From a virus (lineage: Duplodnaviria; Caudoviricetes), in the IMG/VR virus record IMGVR_UViG_3300044638_001368, positions 1 through 62,907 of that record: 62,907 nucleotides of DNA. One strand, 5' to 3'. The notes below the pieces were generated by a model. It had not been told where the DNA came from, searched no databases, and saw only the letters and a program-made list of their open reading frames with translations. Of the stretch, positions 26,119-34,922 are shown piece by piece. Position 1 is the first letter of the stretch, and each line of letters begins with the position of its first letter. A program made the position numbers and the translations under genes.

Positions 26119-26964
26119 ATGAATAAGACCAGCAAGACCAGCAAGACCAGCAAGACCAGCAAGGCCAGCAAGGCCAGCAAGACCAGCAAGACCAGCAAGA
26201 CCGAAACCAATACCGCCAACACCCTCACCGACCTGTCATCCTTCACGGGCCGCGCCGCTGACGGCACGTGGAACGAACTGGATTTTAAGGCGGTTTCCGC
26301 CTTGTCCAACCCCGCTTTTGCTTCGCTCTTGTCCATTGGGTCCGCTGATTTCAAGGTCGCCAGTGATGCTGACAAGGAATTGGGCGAAAAGAAGAAGCCC
26401 TATCAGAAGAAAATGGGAACCATCCAACATAACATGGCGGTTGCCTTGTTGAAGCGTCACCCCATCAAGGCTGGAGACTGGCTTTCGATCCCCGTCGGCC
26501 AATCGCGTTGGACGTTGCAGAGTAAGTTTAAGGAGGTCGGCGCGGATATCGCGGCATTCAATACCGCTTTCACTGGTGCCGGGTTCAAGGAAAACAATGT
26601 TAAGAAAATCCGTCAGCGCATTTTGGACAAGGCGCGGGCACTGGCTTTCGAGAAGGATTACGATGCTGAAATGCATTCCGCCATTGTCGCGTGCTTCAAC
26701 AAACTGGCGACCCTTTCGACGGAAATCACTGGGCGCGTTTCGGAAACTATTTGGGAAAAGGCCGAGGAAGTATTCGCCACCGGCGCGGGATTGATCCCCA
26801 GTGAAACCCGGACGGCTATCTATGCCGACACGCTCAACCGCATGGAAGCCAAAGCGGACGAAAAGGCAGAACGGGAAGCGGCGAAACGCGCTAAGGAAAT
26901 CGCCAAATCCGCCAAAGCCAACAGCAACACCTCGCCCAAAGTGAACGGCGCGATGGTCGGTTGA
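26119..26964 (+). CDS. First early protein with N-terminal (KTS/KAS)x8 repeat
   Basis: AAGGGA SD; 9-bp tandem repeat at 26125-26202; has its own terminator. Confidence 0.75.
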   Translation: MNKTSKTSKTSKTSKASKASKTSKTSKTETNTANTLTDLSSFTGRAADGTWNELDFKAVSALSNPAFASLLSIGSADFKVASDADKELGEKKKPYQKKMGTIQHNMAVALLKRHPIKAGDWLSIPVGQSRWTLQSKFKEVGADIAAFNTAFTGAGFKENNVKKIRQRILDKARALAFEKDYDAEMHSAIVACFNKLATLSTEITGRVSETIWEKAEEVFATGAGLIPSETRTAIYADTLNRMEAKADEKAEREAAKRAKEIAKSAKANSNTSPKVNGAMVG

Positions 26965-27015
26965 TCCTACTGGGGCTGGCTTGCGCCAGCCCCTCCCTTC
27001 CACCCAGTGACTTTG

Positions 27016-27046
27016 ACCCTGTGCCGAAAGGCACGGGGTTTTTTTT
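27016..27046 (+). terminator. Rho-independent terminator
   Basis: ACCCTGTGCC-GAAA-GGCACGGGGT followed by a T run. Confidence 0.85.
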
Positions 27047-27154
27047 GCCAAAAAAACGGTCATTGGGAACTGTCATTTTTTTAAGAACGGTCATAGGGGG
27101 TAGCCTTAGGAGCAACAGCGGCTTTTTAGGGCTAGGAGCAACGGCGGCTTTTCA

Positions 27155-27571
27155 GTGACAAGTCACAATGTTAGAATGTTCAAAAGCCACTTGGACAATG
27201 TTCAAACTAAGTGCTTGATATTGCTGCACTGTTCACCATGTTAGAATGTTAGAGAGCCAAATGGTCATTTGGGGATTTGGGGGTCCGGGCTAATCCGCAA
27301 GTGCGCAGCGCCCCCATTTTTTCAAAAAAACCCCCCAACCAATAAAATCAATAAAAATCTATAACATTATAACTTTGTCCAAAAACTCGACTTTTTTTCC
27401 TTTACTTACAGGGCCATAGGTTGTTCAAACGATTGTTCAAAACCGTTTTTCGTTTCTAACATTCTAACATTAGGCCCCCTACTTTTTCACCCCGACCTCC
27501 CAAAACGCCCCACCGCTCTTCTAACATTCTAACATTTGAACATTGGGCCACCGGGTTTTGTGACTTGTCAC
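27155..27571. other. Candidate replication origin: inverted octamer iterons plus IHF-consensus site
   Basis: AATGTTAG/AATGTTCA copies on the left, CTAACATT/TGAACATT copies on the right, A/T-rich centre, TAAGTGCTTGATA at 27208-27220. Confidence 0.5.
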
Positions 27572-27592
27572 TAATCCTTCCCCAGAAACCCC

Positions 27593-27621
27593 TTGACATT
27601 TACTACATACTCTGCTATACT
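27593..27621 (+). promoter_or_regulatory. Strong sigma70 early promoter
   Basis: TTGACA-17-TATACT with extended -10 TGn. Confidence 0.85.
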
Positions 27622-27659
27622 TAGCATAATGGGAAAAACCCCCAGACAACCCAGCCAAC

Positions 27660-27700
27660 TTAGTGACAAGTCACTAAACAAGAGAAAGACCAAACCAATG
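27660..27700 (+). repeat. 41-bp leader cassette, identical to 28227-28267
   Basis: ttagtgacaagtcactaaacaagagaaagaccaaaccaATG occurs twice. Confidence 0.9.
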
Positions 27701-27859
27701 ACCCAGTTCGTAGACGCCATGTTGTTCACCGCCTTCGCCGTGTTCTGCTTTGTTATGGCGCTGCTGTTCATGGACCTTCAGCAGTCCACCGAAGCCGTCA
27801 TCCTCTTGTTCCTGTCCGTTGCATCCTTTGGTGCAGCTGGCTACCGCGCAACCCACTAA
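27698..27859 (+). CDS. Small early membrane protein (two TM helices)
   Basis: MTQFVDAMLFTAFAVFCF...; start at the cassette ATG. Confidence 0.6.
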   Translation: MTQFVDAMLFTAFAVFCFVMALLFMDLQQSTEAVILLFLSVASFGAAGYRATH

Positions 27860-27884
27860 CCCCTACCAGAAAAGGATCAACACC

Positions 27885-28208
27885 ATGAGCCTAGACATCT
27901 ACCTGACCGCCAGAGTTATCACGGACGTATTCAGTGCCAACATCACGCACAACCTGAACAAGATGGCTGATGCTGCGGGCCTGTACCAAGTCATCTGGCG
28001 CCCTGAAGAACTGGATTTCATCGAGGCCAAGCAGTTAATCGAGCCGCTGAAGGCGGGACTGGAGCTGCTCAAGTCTGACCCGGACAAGTTCCGTGCGTTC
28101 GATGCGCCTAATGGCGGGGGTGACTACGTGACCCTAGTTGATTTCGTCGAGAAGTACCTTGCCGCCTGTATCGCATGGCCCAAGGCATCCATAAGCGCCC
28201 ACTGCTAA
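27885..28208 (+). CDS. Conserved early phage protein
   Basis: MSLDIYL...ANITHNLNKMA...APNGGGDY; AAGGA SD. Confidence 0.7.
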   Translation: MSLDIYLTARVITDVFSANITHNLNKMADAAGLYQVIWRPEELDFIEAKQLIEPLKAGLELLKSDPDKFRAFDAPNGGGDYVTLVDFVEKYLAACIAWPKASISAHC

Positions 28209-28264
28209 CCCAACCCACAAACCCCATTAGTGACAAGTCACTAAACAAGAGAAAGACCAAACCA

Positions 28265-28474
28265 ATGTCGAACCACGCTCACGAACTCTACACCTACATG
28301 TACTACACACCGTACAAGGCCAAGACCATCTACAACCCCCAACCACTCCTTTTCACCTGCCACTACGGAAGCCGCACCAAACGGGTCCGTGCCGATGGTC
28401 GCTTCGCTGCCCGCGAGAAGGCCGCTAGGTATTTCGGCGTAGGCGCAGACAAGATCATCGCGGTGAGGGTGTGA
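28265..28474 (+). CDS. Small early protein
   Basis: Start at the second cassette ATG. Confidence 0.55.
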   Translation: MSNHAHELYTYMYYTPYKAKTIYNPQPLLFTCHYGSRTKRVRADGRFAAREKAARYFGVGADKIIAVRV

Positions 28475-28671
28475 TGGCGGTTCACTTCGTTGGGTTCAAG
28501 GACGAGCGGTTCAACAATGCCCGCAAGGTCTGGCGACCTGATTTTATCCATAGGTTCTGGGACTACCGGGCTGTAGCTGAAGTAGCAGAAGGCGACATGG
28601 TTATCTTCGCTGATGCAACCGAGACGCAGCCCGTCAACCCCTACACCTACGACGACAGCGCATACTTCTAA
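28471..28671 (+). CDS. Small early protein
   Basis: VHFVGFKD...PDFIHRFWDYRA; overlaps the upstream stop. Confidence 0.6.
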   Translation: MMAVHFVGFKDERFNNARKVWRPDFIHRFWDYRAVAEVAEGDMVIFADATETQPVNPYTYDDSAYF

Positions 28672-28696
28672 CCAACCCAACACTGGAGAACGACAA

Positions 28697-28918
28697 ATGA
28701 CCAAGAAACCGACGAAGCAGGAATGGCAGGACTGGGTGATGCAGGACGAGTACACCACGCCCGTATCTGACAAGATCAAGGCCACCCTGCATAGGTTGCT
28801 CGAAAGCAACCCCGAACTGACGCAGAAGGACCAAGACTTCATCATCCGGCACGAAAAGACGCACGAAACCTATGCCGCCATGCGCAAGATACTGAAGGGA
28901 ACCAACGATGAGACATGA
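28697..28918 (+). CDS. Small early protein
   Basis: GGAG SD then MTKKPTKQEW. Confidence 0.6.
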   Translation: MTKKPTKQEWQDWVMQDEYTTPVSDKIKATLHRLLESNPELTQKDQDFIIRHEKTHETYAAMRKILKGTNDET

Positions 28919-29105
28919 ATGCAAGTGCGGCGGGACCATCCCGGCTGGCCGATGGGACATAGGCTTCGAACTATGCCTTGAGTGCGGGGACTGGACTGCT
29001 AGGCAGAGGGTCTTCACCGTGGCCCCCGGACACAAGTCTAACTACCACCTAGTAACGAACCTGCAAGAACTGAAGCAGCTCAACCCCAAGAGGAGCGAGA
29101 TATGA
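28908..29105 (+). CDS. C4 zinc-finger protein (DksA/TraR C-terminal-like pattern)
   Basis: CKCGGTIPAGR...CLECG. Confidence 0.55.
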   Translation: MRHECKCGGTIPAGRWDIGFELCLECGDWTARQRVFTVAPGHKSNYHLVTNLQELKQLNPKRSEI

Positions 29106-29278
29106 ATATGTTTTTAGTGTTTGCGGGTGAGGAGTACTACCCCGGTGGTGGATGGAGCGACCTTTTGGGGTCTTACCCTACCCTGCATGAAGCCAAGGAA
29201 GCAGCTGCCAAACAACGCCGTGGCTGGTGGCACATCGTGGACCTGAATGTGATGGAAGAAGTGGAGAGTGATTTCTAA
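29102..29278 (+). CDS. Small early protein (58 aa, not in ORF track)
   Basis: Read manually: MNMFLVFAGEEYYPGGGWSD...WWHIVDL; AGGAG SD. Confidence 0.6.
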   Translation: MNMFLVFAGEEYYPGGGWSDLLGSYPTLHEAKEAAAKQRRGWWHIVDLNVMEEVESDF

Positions 29279-29457
29279 TGGCATGGCTTAAGCACCCGCA
29301 TACCAAACAGGAGATGGCTGCGTGGTTCATGGCACCCGAGGTGAAGAGGCGTAGTAAACGCTCCCCCCGCCAGCTTCCTACCTTGTGGGACGACAAGGCA
29401 CGCACCGATGTGAACGCCAAGTCTTGGAAGAAGCACCGCCGTACCAAGTGGAAGTAA
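29278..29457 (+). CDS. Small basic early protein (59 aa, not in ORF track)
   Basis: Read manually: MAWLKHPHTKQE...LPTLWDD...KSWKKHRRTKWK; TAATG overlap. Confidence 0.6.
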   Translation: MAWLKHPHTKQEMAAWFMAPEVKRRSKRSPRQLPTLWDDKARTDVNAKSWKKHRRTKWK

Positions 29458-29517
29458 CCCGACCAACTTAGTGACAAGTCACAAAGCAAACACCTAGCAA
29501 AGAAGGAGTACCACACA

Positions 29518-30381
29518 ATGTCTTTCAGTTTAGACACACGCAACACCAAGTATCTGCACAACTACGCAGGTGCCTTGGCCCACCACGACAGCATCACCCC
29601 GATACGCAACTCCAACTGCCGACCCATGGCCGAGCGCCGCAAGCAGCACTTCAATATAAGAAAAAACCACGAAGGATCGGTCATAGTGAGGCTGCACAGG
29701 ACCGACATCATCACATACCATCAAGACAACAAGATCACCCTCGACATGGGCATATGGTTTTCGCAGTCCACCCGTGGTGCGATCCGTGCGGTTACTGGCG
29801 TGGACACACACAAACAGCACAGCCGCACATGGGTGAAGGACCATGATGCGAAATGGTATCGGTTCAAGAACGGGATGCAGCTACAAGCCGGGGACTATTA
29901 CTGCAACCCCAAGATCATCGACCCCGTGTATCCTGAGACGCACACACTAAAGAGAAAGGAACTAAACGCGAAACTCAAACAATTCAAAAACTACTACAAC
30001 TACCTGCTTGGCCTAGCCAAGGTAGACGCTTGGCGCGGGCAGAGCATGGAGCAACGGCACGCGCTGGACGCGCTGACTAACCCGGACAACTACAAGGGCG
30101 GTGTGTTCGCACCTGAACCGGAGGCTGCGTTCGAATTGTCCAAGGTGCTTATGTATAACTACTCCCTCACTACCAGAGATACATACTGGCGGTTCTTTGT
30201 TAATCACCATAACCCTAACTACAGCCCCATCGCCGGTCTTGACCTAGAGAATGTCATGTCCACCGCGCTGAAGCGAACGATCATCAAGACCCACAAGGAC
30301 GAGCTGCTTACAAAAACCACGGTGACCAGCGGCGAGATCGTCAAAGACCCGTATGCGTGGGTATGGAAGGCGTATCAGTAA
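29518..30381 (+). CDS. Hypothetical early protein
   Basis: AAGGAG SD; 287 aa; RLHRTDIITY motif. Confidence 0.7.
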   Translation: MSFSLDTRNTKYLHNYAGALAHHDSITPIRNSNCRPMAERRKQHFNIRKNHEGSVIVRLHRTDIITYHQDNKITLDMGIWFSQSTRGAIRAVTGVDTHKQHSRTWVKDHDAKWYRFKNGMQLQAGDYYCNPKIIDPVYPETHTLKRKELNAKLKQFKNYYNYLLGLAKVDAWRGQSMEQRHALDALTNPDNYKGGVFAPEPEAAFELSKVLMYNYSLTTRDTYWRFFVNHHNPNYSPIAGLDLENVMSTALKRTIIKTHKDELLTKTTVTSGEIVKDPYAWVWKAYQ

Positions 30382-30385
30382 CCTC

Positions 30386-30414
30386 TTGACAATGTAAAGT
30401 AAGTGTGCTACAGT
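30386..30414 (+). promoter_or_regulatory. Sigma70 promoter for the AAA-vWA operon
   Basis: TTGACA-17-TACAGT with extended -10 TGn. Confidence 0.75.
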
Positions 30415-30506
30415 ACGTACAATGAAAAGACTACCCCGGCAAACAGGGGTGATAACCACAACCAACCAATTAGTGACTTGTCACTAAACAGAAAGAGAGC
30501 AACACC

Positions 30507-31586
30507 ATGAGCACGACAACCCTTAACTATGACCTTTGCGTATCGCTCGAAGAAGCCGAGCAGCTTATCCTTAACAACCGCGACCTGTGCTTCTTCCTTG
30601 AAGGCGAGCCGGGTATGGGCAAGACCAGCCTGAAGAAGCGGATGAAAGCCATACTGGGTGACACGTATGAGTACTGCTACCTAGACTGTGCGGCCACCGA
30701 CTTCAGCGGCGTGGGTTATCCCGGCGTGGACCGTGACAAGGGCATCGCGCAGTTCTTTCCGATGGAAGTGCTGAAGCTGCACACCGGCAAGCCCGTGTTC
30801 TACATGCTTGACGAGTTCACCAAGGCACCCGGTCCCGTGCAGACCATGCTGCACACCATGCTGGAGAGTAGTGACAGGCGCGTGGGTGATCGGTTCCTGC
30901 CCAAGGGTAGCATCTTGACGCTTACAGGCAACCTGTCGGGCAACGGTCTGGGTGACGTGATGAAGGCGCACACTGGCAACCGTGTGATCCGTGTCCGTGT
31001 CCGTAAGTCTACCGCTGATGAGTGGATCAAGAACTTTGCAATCCCAGCGGGTATCGAACCGGTGCTGATGGCTTGGGTCAAAGAGAACTCTCACTGCATG
31101 GCATCCTATCTGGACGGCGACCAAGACAGCAACCCGTACATCTTCAACCCCAAGTTCCAGCAGCGTGCCTTCGTGTCTGGTCGTTCTCTGGAACGGGCGA
31201 GCGGTATCGTTAGGAACCGCGAGGGTTACTCTACCAACGCGCTGACTGTGGCACTGGCCGGGTGTGTTGGTGAAGCTGCGGGCAAGTCTATCGAAGCGTT
31301 CGTTGCCTATCAGGACGAACTGCCGCCGCGCGAAGTAATCCTGCGTGATCCCAAAGGTGCGCCGTTGCCCACAACGCCCGGTGCGTGTGCCGTAATGGTA
31401 TTCAGCGCTATCGCTGCGCTGGATAAGAACAACGCAACGCCGCTGATGACATACATCCAACGACTGAGCCTAGTGTGGCAAGCTTGCTTTACCATCAACG
31501 CCGCACGTGACCCGATCAAGCGGCCCATCGTGTGTTCCAACGCGACCTTCGCCAACTGGCTGCGTGAAAATCAGGACCTGCTGTGA
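30507..31586 (+). CDS. MoxR-like AAA+ ATPase
   Basis: GEPGMGKTS Walker A, YMLDEF Walker B, TGN sensor. Confidence 0.85.
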   Translation: MSTTTLNYDLCVSLEEAEQLILNNRDLCFFLEGEPGMGKTSLKKRMKAILGDTYEYCYLDCAATDFSGVGYPGVDRDKGIAQFFPMEVLKLHTGKPVFYMLDEFTKAPGPVQTMLHTMLESSDRRVGDRFLPKGSILTLTGNLSGNGLGDVMKAHTGNRVIRVRVRKSTADEWIKNFAIPAGIEPVLMAWVKENSHCMASYLDGDQDSNPYIFNPKFQQRAFVSGRSLERASGIVRNREGYSTNALTVALAGCVGEAAGKSIEAFVAYQDELPPREVILRDPKGAPLPTTPGACAVMVFSAIAALDKNNATPLMTYIQRLSLVWQACFTINAARDPIKRPIVCSNATFANWLRENQDLL

Positions 31587-31702
31587 TGCAGGGCTACATC
31601 ATACTAGCCGTAGTTTTCTTCGCCCTAGTCCTGTTCTGGGGTTTCCCAAGAGACTGACCAACTAAAATAGTGACAAGTCACAAATCAACAAGGAGCAACG
31701 TA

Positions 31703-32905
31703 ATGCAACCGATACTCAGACAAGAAGAACAGACAGCGGAACGCAAACTACAAGCCGCTAGCGTCGCTATCATGCGTGACCCCAAGTTCCGTGCGCTTGG
31801 TGGTGTGATGATGATGGGCAAGATACAGGTTAGCGACACCTGCCCAACTGCCTATACCAACGGGCGGGACGAAATGTATGGCCGGGGCTTCGTTGCCAAG
31901 CTTCAGCGCAAGGAGGTGGCGTTCGTTCGCTTGCATGAGACTATGCACAAGGCGCTCAGGCATCTGACGACCTACCGCAGACTGTGGGACATAGACAAGC
32001 AGGTGTGCAACCAAGCTTGTGACTACGTCATCAACGGTATCCTCGTGAAGATGGACCCCAATGAAACGGTCATAGCCATGCCGCGCGATGAGAACGGCCA
32101 GCTGATCGGTCTGTACGACCCGCGCTTCGACGGTATGAGCGAGAAGCAGGTGTTCGACATTCTCATGAAGGAGAAAGAAGAGGACGGCGGCGGGGGTGGT
32201 GACGAAGAAGGCTTCGACGACCACGACTGGGAAGGCGCTTCTGACATCCCCGAGGAGGAGCAGAAGAAACTAGGTGAGGAGATCGAACGCACGCTGCGTC
32301 AAGGTCTGATGGCTGGTAACGCTGCGGGTGATTTGGAGCGCCTGTTCGGTGAACTGCTGGCACCCAAGGTGGACTGGCGCGAGGTGCTGCGTGAGTTCAT
32401 TCAGTCTGTCTGCACGGGGATGGACGACTCATCGTGGAACAGGGTGAACAAGCGGTTCGTCGGTGACGATATCTACTTCCCTTCCATGATTAGCGAGAGC
32501 GTTGGTGAGATCGTAGTAGGCGCTGATATGTCCGGTTCTATTAGCGGTGCTGTGGTTACTAAGTTTTTATCCGAGGTGAAGGCCATTGCTGACGAGGTGC
32601 ACCCTGAGAAGCTGCACCTAATGTACTGGGACACCGCTGTTGCGGGGCATGAAGAGTATGACGCGAGTAACATGGACAGTCTGGTACAGAGCACCAAGCC
32701 GCGCGGTGGTGGTGGGACTGATCCTAGGTGTGTGATGAACTACATCAACAACCACAGCATCAAGCCTCAGTGCATCATCATTCTAACTGACGGAGAAGTA
32801 GGCAATGCGTGGGGTAACGATTGGAACGCACCCGTCCTGTGGGTGGTTGTTGGTAACCGCAAGATCGTGGCCCCGGTGGGTACGACAATTCATATGGAGG
32901 AGTAA
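31703..32905 (+). CDS. DUF2201-like metallopeptidase + vWA domain protein
   Basis: TAYTNG, LHETMH (HExxH), NQACD, DMSGS MIDAS, GGGGT, LTDG; start moved to the ATG after AGGAG. Confidence 0.85.
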   Translation: MQPILRQEEQTAERKLQAASVAIMRDPKFRALGGVMMMGKIQVSDTCPTAYTNGRDEMYGRGFVAKLQRKEVAFVRLHETMHKALRHLTTYRRLWDIDKQVCNQACDYVINGILVKMDPNETVIAMPRDENGQLIGLYDPRFDGMSEKQVFDILMKEKEEDGGGGGDEEGFDDHDWEGASDIPEEEQKKLGEEIERTLRQGLMAGNAAGDLERLFGELLAPKVDWREVLREFIQSVCTGMDDSSWNRVNKRFVGDDIYFPSMISESVGEIVVGADMSGSISGAVVTKFLSEVKAIADEVHPEKLHLMYWDTAVAGHEEYDASNMDSLVQSTKPRGGGGTDPRCVMNYINNHSIKPQCIIILTDGEVGNAWGNDWNAPVLWVVVGNRKIVAPVGTTIHMEE

Positions 32906-32909
32906 CCCA

Positions 32910-33158
32910 ATGACCAAAGCAATCGTTCGGTTTGGGTACAAGGAATACGTCATGGAGCCAGCACAGGCTCTGCAATTTGCCGAGCTGCTTAACAGCATGG
33001 AGCGTTACGAAAGCAAGTACAACAAAGGGAGTGACGACAAGACAAGCAGCTACACATACCACGTTTATGAAGAGGAGGCTGAATCAATAACAGAGATCAA
33101 GCTCGTCACAGACCATCACTACCGGGTAGCAAAAGCTGCCGGGAAACCCGCGAAGTAA
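32910..33158 (+). CDS. Hypothetical protein
   Basis: GGAGG SD then MTKAIVRFG. Confidence 0.6.
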   Translation: MTKAIVRFGYKEYVMEPAQALQFAELLNSMERYESKYNKGSDDKTSSYTYHVYEEEAESITEIKLVTDHHYRVAKAAGKPAK

Positions 33159-33179
33159 CAAAACAAAAGGACCAACACC

Positions 33180-34034
33180 ATGAGCATTACATCATCTTCT
33201 ATGCTGGTTGAACTGAACATCTCTGTCTGGACTGCTAACAAGCTGGACAAAGGTGCTACCGACAGCGTGACTAACAACGCCCACGCCGTGAAGAACGCAG
33301 CGCAAGTCCGTAAGAACCTGATGGCTGGTACTCACCAGCGAAAGGAGATTGCCGACCATGCTGCGGCTTGCCGGTTGTGGCACAACATCAAGACCTTGCC
33401 GTGGGCTGATAAGGGACCGCGTCTGCTCCCGACCAGCTTGTTCCTAGACTACAAGCAGGAAGCCAACACGCGCCGGGACGCCTTCCACAGGATGGTTGAC
33501 CAGTTCGTTCAGGACTACCCTGCACTTGTTCAAACTTCGCACAACTACTTGGGCGACTTGTTCGATGCGGCTGACTACCCATCTGCCAACGAAGTGCATA
33601 GCAAGTTCGGGTTCCGCATGGTATTTGCCCCGGTGCCTGAGAGCGGTGACTTCCGCTTGGACCTGCCAGCGCAGGAGCTGGACGAGGTGAAGCGTGGCTA
33701 TGAGGACAGCTTCAAGGACCGCTTGGCCGAGGCCATGAAGGATCCGTGGGATCGACTGCACAAGACGCTGCTGGGTATAAGCGAGAAGCTTACTGATGTG
33801 GACAACATTGATGTCAAGAGGCGCTACCACGACAGCTTGATCGACAATGCAGTGGAGCTGTGCGGTGTTCTTACACATCTCAACATAACAGGTGACCCCG
33901 AGCTGGAGCAGGCACGGCGTAGCTTGGAGCGTGTCATCGCCAGTGCGGATATCGAAGTAATCCGTGAGAACCCCGACAGCCGTGCTGACGTTAAGCAGCA
34001 GGTTGATGACATCCTGAAACAGTATCGCTGGTAG
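33180..34034 (+). CDS. DUF3150-like protein
   Basis: MLVELNISVW...TLPW..G.RLLP...DYP...LNITGDPEL; usual partner of phage AAA/vWA genes. Confidence 0.55.
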   Translation: MSITSSSMLVELNISVWTANKLDKGATDSVTNNAHAVKNAAQVRKNLMAGTHQRKEIADHAAACRLWHNIKTLPWADKGPRLLPTSLFLDYKQEANTRRDAFHRMVDQFVQDYPALVQTSHNYLGDLFDAADYPSANEVHSKFGFRMVFAPVPESGDFRLDLPAQELDEVKRGYEDSFKDRLAEAMKDPWDRLHKTLLGISEKLTDVDNIDVKRRYHDSLIDNAVELCGVLTHLNITGDPELEQARRSLERVIASADIEVIRENPDSRADVKQQVDDILKQYRW

Positions 34035-34077
34035 GAGCAACCATGACCAAATCGCTGGTAGGAGCAACCATGACCAA
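34024..34077 (+). repeat. Perfect 27-bp tandem duplication containing stop, RBS and ATG
   Basis: atcgctggtaggagcaaccatgaccaa x2. Confidence 0.9.
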
Positions 34078-34897
34078 AGTATTCGACCACACCCACTACA
34101 AGTACACCCCTGACCCCGAGAACCCCCGGCTTATATCGGAGAACTACCTAAAGGACGAGAAAGCCCATCACTGGTGGCTTAGCGGGCCAAAACGTAGTTT
34201 TGCCGAGCGGCTGTTGTCCAAGTTCCCTAAGTGGCAGTGCGTTCAACCGTACCATGGCGGCTTCTTTCGTATCCTTAACGGGACGGAGTATCTTGGCACG
34301 GTTCGTATGTACGACGGTAAGTTTGAAATAAAGAACCACCGTATCGACAAGGCACGTACCCGAAAAGGCGGCATGGTAACCAAAGACCCTGACAAGGCGT
34401 TCAAGCTTGTGTGCAAGTACTTCAGTACCAAGACCAAGAAGGAGCGTGTGTCTGCTGTGCTTCTGGAAACAGGGGTCTGGATAAAAGGTGAGCAGTACAA
34501 CACCAGTACCAACTTCCGTATGCAGCTTACCAACTTGGCCTACGCTGCTAAGGACTACATCATGCAAGACCTTGAACCTTATCGTGCAGCGGCAAAAGCC
34601 GGGGGCTATGACATGACGAAGTGCTCTCAGGTAGAGAACCTGTACGCACGGAGTAGTGTGTCTACTGTAATGCAAGCCATGTTCGATAAGAACTTAGGGT
34701 CCGTCATTACGCGCGAAGGTGACGGGTACTTGCTGAGTGACCCCAATGGTACAGAAGTACTGAGCATAGAAGACACGTTGCTGCCCGGACCTGTTCGGGA
34801 GGCGTTAGGCAAACTCAAGCTAATGGAACCCCGCACCATGCTTGAAGGTGTAGGTGTCCGTGTAGATACGGATACTTTCTTTGTTGTAGTGAAGTAG
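34043..34897 (+). CDS. Hypothetical early protein (alternative start 34070)
   Basis: Two in-frame AGGAG/ATG starts; C-terminal LP...LGKLKL...GVG.R. Confidence 0.7.
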   Translation: MTKSLVGATMTKVFDHTHYKYTPDPENPRLISENYLKDEKAHHWWLSGPKRSFAERLLSKFPKWQCVQPYHGGFFRILNGTEYLGTVRMYDGKFEIKNHRIDKARTRKGGMVTKDPDKAFKLVCKYFSTKTKKERVSAVLLETGVWIKGEQYNTSTNFRMQLTNLAYAAKDYIMQDLEPYRAAAKAGGYDMTKCSQVENLYARSSVSTVMQAMFDKNLGSVITREGDGYLLSDPNGTEVLSIEDTLLPGPVREALGKLKLMEPRTMLEGVGVRVDTDTFFVVVK

Positions 34898-34922
34898 TTT
34901 TGTGACTTGTCACTAAATCTCT

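Larger units (their letters stand above)
25971..34913. promoter_or_regulatory. Nine copies of palindromic site GTGAC-N2-GTCAC (cores at 25971, 27155, 27560, 27663, 28230, 29471, 30473, 31670, 34902)
   Basis: Read directly; all intergenic, both orientations, usually flanked by (T/A)(A/T). Confidence 0.85.

Noticed and set aside
27560-27571. CRP/FNR binding sites
   Set aside because: Half-site spacing is GTGA-N4-TCAC rather than CRP N6; the 44077 palindrome is TTGAC-N3-GTCAA rather than FNR/FixK N4
25971-34913. CRISPR array or integron attC sites from the repeated palindromes
   Set aside because: Repeats are only 12-16 bp, irregularly spaced by 0.1-3 kb, and no cas or integrase gene is present
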